Part shown: positions 57,060 through 64,000 of the stretch, piece after piece | Layout: every line of letters begins with the position of its first letter | How positions within the stretch are numbered: position 1 is the first letter of the stretch | DNA from: the human T2T-CHM13v2.0 reference genome, Homo sapiens | Direction: 5' to 3' (one strand) | DNA: 64,000 nucleotides | Assembly (NCBI RefSeq): GCF_009914755.1 | Contig: NC_060925.1 | Made by a program: the position numbers and the translations under genes | Notes under the pieces: model-generated | The model's database searches: none | The model's input: the letters and a program-made list of their open reading frames with translations, nothing else | Told to the model about the DNA's origin: nothing

Positions 57060-58100
57060 AAAGGAGGCGGGCCGGGGTTTGGGGTCAACGTGGGGGGCAG
57101 ATGAGAGACCACAGGAATGGAGTCCTGGACAGCGTGGGGCGGGAGGGGACGGAGGAAGAGGAAGGCACCCGCCATGCGGCTGGGGTCGGGCAGCGTTGAG
57201 GAGGCGAGCGGGGAGCGGGGCGGTGTAGGGCGGGGGGCGCGGGGCCGAGCGGGAAGCGGTGCGGGGCGGGCTGGGGGGCGGACGCACGGAGCGGGCAGCG
57301 GGGTGGGGAGTGGAAGTTTGCAGAGGGGAGGCTGCCTTCTCCCAGTCCAACTCACCGAAGAGGCTGCCGCTAAACCCGTCCCACACGCAGCCCACGGTGT
57401 CCCACACCCAGCCGTTCCTCAGGCAGGACACGAAGGTAAAGGTGACCCCGAAGAGGGACACCAGCAGGTCGCTGAGGCTGATGTTGACCAGGAGGAGGTG
57501 AGTGGGAGTGCGGAGCCGCTGGAACTTGTAGTAGAGGACGAGCACCAGCAGGTTGTTGCCGACGCCCAGCAGCCCAATGGAGCCCAGCAGCAGCGCCAGG
57601 CGCTCGTAGGTGCCGGGGCTGAAGAGGGGCGCGGGGCTCAGTGTCCCCGCCGGCGCCGGCCCCTCAGCGCCCGCGGCCCCGCCGCCGTCCCAGTAGCCGT
57701 GGCCGCCGCTGCGGTTCCCCGAGTACATGGCCCGGCGCCGGCGCGCCTGGCGGGCGGAGGCGCTCAGCTTGCGGCGGGGCTCGCGGCGCGCTCCGCACTG
57801 GGTGGGGCTGGGGCTCCGCCGCCTGCTCTGGCCATTGTGCACTGAGGGGCCCGCGCTACCGCGCGCCGGGCCCGCCCTCTTCCCGCCCCTTCCGCCCGGC
57901 GCACCCCCGTGGCCCCGCCCCTCCCCGCGGCCTGTCCTCGTCGCTCCGCTGCTCCCGGCGCGTCCTCTTAGCCCCGCCCCCCCGCGGGCGCGTCCTCGCG
58001 GCTAGCTCGCCCCGCCCCCACTGGCTGGGCACCTTCCGCTGGTCGGCGTGGACGCGCGTCGCGGGATAGCCTGGGGGCCAGGGCCGCAGGGTAGCCTCGA
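57060..58100. promoter_or_regulatory. CpG island / TATA-less GC-box promoter of OPN3 (probably shared with CHML)
   Basis: Very high GC and CpG density; multiple CCCGCCC Sp/KLF boxes at 57870-58020. Confidence 0.92.
57356..57728 (-). CDS. OPN3: OPN3 exon 1 coding part (MYSGNRSGG... TM1-TM3)
   Basis: ATG at 57728, TTCG|gtgagt donor, 373 nt; [32 protein letters not shown] motifs. Confidence 0.98.
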
Positions 58101-59451
58101 TGGCTCTTCACACCCCCACCTCCCTGCACCCACCTTGAAAGCTTCGTGTCCACTCACCCATTCATGCACTCACTTATACATTCATTTATTCCTAAGTATT
58201 TATGAGCGCCTGCGCCCACCACGTGCTGGCAAGAATTGGGCTTCTCCCCTTCCTGGGAAGCTGTAATAACCCACAACCAGCCTACGAAGCCCATCCCGCG
58301 TCATACACTCAATGTAAACAAAAGCAAAGAAAACATTGAAGAGCTCGGGGTAGTCTTACCGGAAAACTGAGAAGAAAAACAACAAATTGATAGACAGGTG
58401 CCTGCCTAACTACCTGACTGCTAGAGGACACATGTCCCAGGGCTGATACAAGAGCCTGCCACCCTTGGAGAGTCTGGGATGAAAACTCTCTGAAAATGGC
58501 ATTCCAATGGAACTGACTTTAAGCCCTGGGCTGGACCCCAAGGCCTTCCAATACCGTCCTTCCTGTGCTTGAAAGCGTGGGTAGATCTTTCCGGTCACTG
58601 AGGCCTGCTAAAGTCCTTCACAGGCAGTGAAAGATTCAACCTAAATCTAGCAGGTATAGGAGGCAGGTGCTATATTTAGAACAGCACACATTTCCCATTG
58701 GGCCTCTTCTCCTGTAGTGATGAGAATATAGTACAAGTCAAATATAGGTTGTGAACGTCATCACACTCTGCAAGAGCTGCTTCTGCCTTTGTGGTTGCAC
58801 AATCCCTAAGGAGGCCCTACAAGAAGATCACAGTCCCCAGCCACACCTGCAGCCTGTCCTGGACACTGGTGACGAACACAGGGTTTGTGCAAGCTAAAGA
58901 AACTGCTCTCCATACGGGCGTGCCTCACCTCTGTTTGAAAGATCAGTAGGGAATGACTAGCTTGGATCAATCCACATTCTGAATTCCCTGGAGAGAGGAT
59001 CTAATAGGCTGGCAGCAGCTCTCCACCCTGGTGCACTGAGCAATAGCTAAGGGGCAGTGTGCTCTGCCTTTGACACCTTGATTTTCCTTCAAGGCTTCTG
59101 CTCTGGACTCGCCATCTGTGAGACTTCCTACCCACCCACCCCTTAAAAAACACACACACACTTTTAATTGTTAATTTTAGATTTGTACAACCACTGAACA
59201 AAACATAACTATTTAACAAGTTCTATATGTTTAATGTCGAAAGTGTTTTCTGTGTCTAGTCTACAGTAAGTTCTCAATAAATAGTAATTTGAATGAATGA
59301 ATAAAGAACTCGCTATATTTTTTCCTATTCATTCTTCATTGCTGAGTCATTGCCCTTATAAAGCTCACATTCCAGTCGTGTTGGGAGAACAAACAAAAAT
59401 TAGATAAATACGTAGGGTGTCAGCCACTGACAAATGCCATGAAGAAATAGG

Positions 59452-59673
59452 GGTCAGGCGTGGTGGCTCATTCCTGTAACCCCAGCACTTTGGGAGGCCG
59501 AGGCAGTAGGATTTCTTAAGCCCAGGAGTTCAAGACCAGCCTGGGCAACAAAGTGAGAACTGCCCCCTAACTCTTCAAAAAATAGAAAATTAGCCAGGCA
59601 AGATGGTACATGTCTGTGGTCCCAGCTACTCAGGAGGTTGAGCCAGGAGCTATGGGAGATGGGGCAAGGAGTT
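59452..59673 (+). mobile_element. AluJ-like element, 3'-interrupted
   Basis: Left arm and part of right arm, then LTR sequence. Confidence 0.85.
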
Positions 59674-60110
59674 TGTAAGAGTTAAAGAAAGAGGAAAGAA
59701 ACACTAATAGCAGCTCAACAGTCAGACAGTGTTATTTGGAAGAATAAACCTAAGAGGGGCTTCTGGCCGATTTCGGTCAGGAGCACTCTCTTACAGACTA
59801 AGAGTATTTAAGGATTTTAGAGTGAGAGAGCTTATCACAGGCGTGGAATGTTTCTGTTTGGAGAAGAAGTTTATTGCCAAGTTGGAATGTCTCTGTCGGA
59901 GGGGAGGTTATCTCGGGGCTCGCATGTCTCTGGTCAGGGAGGGGTTTATCTTAGGGTTGGAATGTTTCTGGTCGGAGATGTCATTTGTGGTGTATGGTCA
60001 TGCTGACCTTAGCCATTAGGCTGATGCTGTTTGGATTTAGGTGGTTTTTGATCAAGGGGAACTTTAAAATGGCAGTGCTTGTCCATGATGGTGATGCACC
60101 TGCTCTGTCA
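59674..60110 (-). mobile_element. MER61-like ERV1 solo LTR
   Basis: - strand begins TGACAGAGCAGG.GCATC.CCATC.TGGACAAGCAC.GCCATTTTAAAGTTCCCCTTGATCAAAAACC and ends ...cttaca. Confidence 0.85.
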
Positions 60111-60558
60111 AGGTTGTTATTTAGACAAGGTGGTTATGGGCAGGAGTACTGTATTGGTATGTTGGAGGAACAATAAGGAAGCAAGAATGAGAATCGGGAA
60201 ATGCAGCCAGTCAGGTGGGTGGGCAGTGAATGGCCAGAATATGCAGGACCTTGGCCATTTCAATAAAAGGACTTTGGCTTTTACTCAATCAGAGTAAAGT
60301 CCAGGGCAATGCCTACTAGCAGTGAATGCAAAGGAGGAGTAAGAGGCCTTTGACAAATGTTTAAGCATTTTTGACACAGTAATTTTACAATACTATGAAC
60401 CATTAAGGACATTTATTGAGCTTGACAGAAACAGGCAATGATAAGGATATATGTTTCTTTTTTAATTTTAGAATTATGTAATGACAGGATAATGGCAGAA
60501 CACTACAATCTTTTATTAAAAAAAAAAACAAAAAACAAACAAATGAAAAACACCAGCA

Positions 60559-60972
60559 TGATATAGTTTGGATGTTTGTCCCCACCCAAATCTCATGTTG
60601 AAATATAATCCCCAATATTAGAGGTGGGTCCTAGTGGTAGGTGTTTTGGTCATAGGGGGCGGATCCCTCATGAATGGCCTGGGCCATCCCCTTTGTGATA
60701 AGTGAGCTCTGGTCATCTAAAAGTGTGTGGCAACTCCGCCATCCCACTCTCTCTCTCTCTGTCTCCCTATCTGGTTGTCGCCATGTGAGATGCCTGCTCT
60801 CACTTTGCCTTCCACCATGAGTAAAAGCTCCCTGAGGCCTCCCCAGAAGCTGAGTAGATGCCAACACCATGCTTCCTGTACAGCCTGCAGAACTGTGAGC
60901 CAATTAAATCGCTTTTCTTTATAAATTACCCAGTCTCAGGTATTTACAGCAGTGCAAGAACAGCCTAATACA
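60559..60972 (+). mobile_element. MST (MSTA/B-like) MaLR solo LTR
   Basis: tgatatagtttggatgtttgtccc...ctaataca with perfect 5-bp TSD CAGCA at 60554-58 and 60973-77. Confidence 0.92.
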
Positions 60973-62665
60973 CAGCATAAGGACAAACATGTAGACCAAT
61001 GGAATAGAATAGAGAGCCAAGATATAAACTCTTACATATATGGTCCATTGATTTTTGACAAGGATGCCAAGGCCATTCAATGGGGAAAGGAGGAAAGGAC
61101 AGTCTTTTCAACAAATGATGCTGGGAAAACTGCATATCCATGTGCAAATGAATGAAGTTGGAGCCTTACATTATATCATATATAAAAATTAACTCAAAAT
61201 TGATTGGAGACCTATATGTAAAAGCTAAAACTATAAAACTTTTAGAAGAAAACTTCTTGGGTATGACACCAAAAGCACAGGCAACAGGAGAAAAATAGCT
61301 AAATTGGACTTTATCAAAATTAAAAACTGTTATGCATCAAAGGGCACTATCAAAAGAGTGAAAAGACAGCACAGCAAATGGGAGAAATACTTGCAAGTCA
61401 TATATCTGATAAGGCATCAATATTATAAAGACCCCCTACAACTCAACAACAAAAAACTCCACACAACCCAATTCAGAAATAGGCAAAGGATCTGAGTAGA
61501 CATTACTCCAAAAATATACTAATGGCCTAAAAGCACATGGAAGGAAACTTACTGTGATTAGTCATTAGGGAAATGCAAATCAAAGCCACAATGACATACC
61601 ACTTCACACCTACTAGAAGGGCTATCATCAAAAAACAAAACAAAACACAAAAACAAGTGTTGGTTTTTGTGTGGAGATGTGTAGAAATTAGAACCCTGTC
61701 GTACTGCTGATGGGAATGTGAAATGGTGTGGCTCCTGTGGAAGACAATTTGGTAGTTCCACAAAAAGTTAAACATAGAATTATTGTGAGCTCATTCCTGT
61801 AATCCCAGTGCTTTGGGAAGCTTAAGCAGGATGATCACTTGAGGCCAAGAGTACAATGACCAGCCTGGGCAACATAGTAAGACCCCATCTCTTCAGAAAA
61901 AAATAAAAAATTAGCTGGGTGTGGTGGCACATACCTGTAGTCTCACCCAACTATTCAGGAGGCTGAGGCAGAAGGATCCCTTGAGCCCAGGAGTTTGAGG
62001 TTGCAGTGAGCTGTGATCGTGTCACTGCGCTCCACCCTGGGCAAGAGAGTGAGACCCTGTCTCAAAACAAAAAAAATTGCCATATGATCTAGCAATCCTA
62101 TTCCTAGGTATATACACAAGAGAATTGAAAGCAGGGACTCAAACAGGTATTTGTATACTTATGTTCATAATAGGATTATTCAAAATAGCCAAAAAATAGA
62201 AACAACTCAAATGCCCATCAACAGATGAATGATACATGGAATGTGATATATACATACAATGGAATATTATACAGCCATATTTTAAAAGAAATGAAATTCT
62301 AGTACATGCTACAACATGGATGAACCTTGAAAACATTACGATAAGGGAAATAAGCCAAACACAAAAGGACAAATATTATATGATCCCAATGATATGAGGT
62401 ACCTATAACAGGCAAATTCACAGAGACAGAAAGTAGAATGGTGGTTACCAGAAGCTGAGAAGAGGGAAGAATAAGAAGTTAGTGTTTAATGGGTAGAGAG
62501 TTTCTGTTTAAGATGACGAAAAAATTCTGGAGACGAATAGTAGTAATGGTTGCACAAGATTGTAAATGTACACAATGCCACTGAATGGTATACTTAAAAA
62601 TGGTTAGAAAGGAAAATTTTATGTTATGTATATTTTACCACTTTTTTTTTTAAAAAAAGAAAAAA
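60973..62665 (+). mobile_element. L1M (L1MB-like) ORF2 3' part and 3'UTR, interrupted by an Alu
   Basis: Degenerate ORF2 peptides DQWNRIES, LIFDK.AK.IQWGK, DFIKIKN; 3'UTR catggatgaaccttgaaaacatta... Confidence 0.9.
61786..62076 (+). mobile_element. AluJ-like element nested in L1
   Basis: Alu text between L1 segments aaacatagaatta... and ...attgccatatgatctagcaatcc. Confidence 0.92.
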
Positions 62666-63137
62666 GCATGTGCAAATTGTGCCTGCATTTCACTCTCTCA
62701 GAGTGGGAGAAATAAACTACTATAACCAGTTGAGGAAGCAAGCTGAACTCAGTATGCTGCAACCAAAAAGCAGCTTGTTCTCCCTACTCATTTCAAATGT
62801 TTTCTGACCATTTGCTCCTTCCTGCCCTTAGATGGAATTTTGGCAGCTTCCAAAGCTTTTCTGCTCCCTTGCAGTTGACATCAAGGCCAGCACATTGTAA
62901 TGCTGAAAAGCTAAAACTCACGGAAAACTCGCTTGTCCACACCCTCCAAGATACAGCCAGCCTCAGGCCTGGAGAACTTCTGTGAGGGTGGAGGTGAGAA
63001 GGAAAACAACTTTAGCTTCCCCCATTTTCTTGATCCGCTCGCTACCTGTAGATGCTGCTCTGGGCCCCTTTGAGATTGTGAGGGAAAAAAAATCTTCCTT
63101 GATTGGTTAAGTTGTAGTCTGATATTGGTGCTCTCTG

Positions 63138-63395
63138 CCAGGCACGGTGGCTCACGCCTGTAATCCCAGCACTTTGGGAGGCCGAGATGGGCAGATCACT
63201 TGAGGTCAGGAGTTCGAGACCAGCCTGGCCAACATGGTGAAATCCTATCTCTACTAAAAATATGAAAATTAGCCAGGTGAGGTGGCATGCACCTGTAATC
63301 CCAGCTACTCAGGAGGCTGAGTCAGAAGAATCACTTGAACCCAGGAGACAGCAATCCAGCCTGGGCAACAGATTGCAACTTTGTCTTTTAAAAAT
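63138..63395 (+). mobile_element. Alu with deletion in the right arm
   Basis: gccaggcacggtggctcacgcctgtaatcccagc... Confidence 0.92.
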
Positions 63396-64000
63396 AATTG
63401 ATATTAGTGCTCTCTGGTTGTAGCAAGTTTTAAATGTTGGGTTTTTCTCTTCTAGGATGATTTTCAGGTTCTCTAGAGAAATTGAGATCTCTGGCATCTT
63501 TCTCACACAACTCTCTCGACAGAGGCAATGCCTTTAGTAGCTGTCTGCTGGGATCTCACTCTCTGACCCTGCTTGGGGACCCTCCCAAGCTGACCCAGTC
63601 TGGCCCCTCTACTGAGAGTCTAGCGTCTGTTCCTCTGTACATATGTATGCATCTTTTGCCCTGCCAAATTCTGGAAGTGGTCTGCTGCAGAGAGCTGGCC
63701 AGCCCCAGACTCTCCCTGTCAGTGCCCCTGGGATGGAAAGAAATGGGGAGATGTCATGGCTCCTCCATGCTGAACACTCTCTCTGTGGAAGTGCTCATTA
63801 AGGATATCCTTGAGCTCCTAATGAACTCGTTGCCTTCTCTTAAATAGTTTGAAGGTGAGCAGGAGCTAATGCTTGCGGAACTGGTTCCCAGTGACTGCAC
63901 ACATCCTCCCGCGTGGGCCGTCTAGCCTGTCCTTTAGACAGAAAGAGGTTCATTTAAAACCCTCTAAACACCCTCTTACATTGGAACATTAAATTATCAC

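Noticed and set aside
56973-57842. 289-aa ORF as the real OPN3 N-terminal product
   Set aside because: It begins at a GTG upstream of the ATG (57728) and reads through the canonical donor at 57355 into Pro-rich intron sequence
57117-57845. 242-aa + strand ORF antisense to OPN3 exon 1
   Set aside because: Stop-poor GC-rich CpG island mirrored on a coding frame; no recognisable domain
62700-64000. Possible start of the next gene (WDR64 is recalled as the neighbour)
   Set aside because: No CpG island, exon or recognisable peptide within the window

Overview
Human (primate) genomic DNA that I recognise as the KMO/OPN3/CHML locus (chr1q43). On the + strand are the last five coding exons of KMO (kynurenine 3-monooxygenase) and its long 3'UTR. 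On the - strand is the complete four-exon OPN3 gene (encephalopsin, 373+320+252+264 = 1209 nt, 402 aa). It starts in a CpG island near 57.8 kb and overlaps KMO tail-to-tail. The intronless retrogene CHML (Rab escort protein 2, 656 aa) is nested in OPN3 intron 1 on the same strand. The rest is Alu, L1, L2, LTR and DNA-transposon sequence, two VNTRs (45 bp x6, 64 bp x6) and microsatellites. Most notable observations: (1) a MADE1/Hsmar1-type mariner element whose arms are extended to about 88 bp and whose interior is an inverted copy of DNA about 420 bp away, giving a pseudoknot-topology double inverted repeat near OPN3 exon 3; (2) a strong splice acceptor upstream of CHML which, joined to OPN3 exon 1, gives an mRNA with a truncated 137-aa opsin ORF and a cluster of uAUGs ahead of CHML; (3) a strong-Kozak uORF in the OPN3 leader; (4) a TSD-flanked retroposed mRNA 3' fragment of unknown origin in a KMO intron; (5) a twin-primed, 5'-inverted L1. 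I see no CRISPR array or new protein-coding system. Repeat family names, KMO exon/residue numbers and identity figures come from recognition or by-eye alignment, not from searches.
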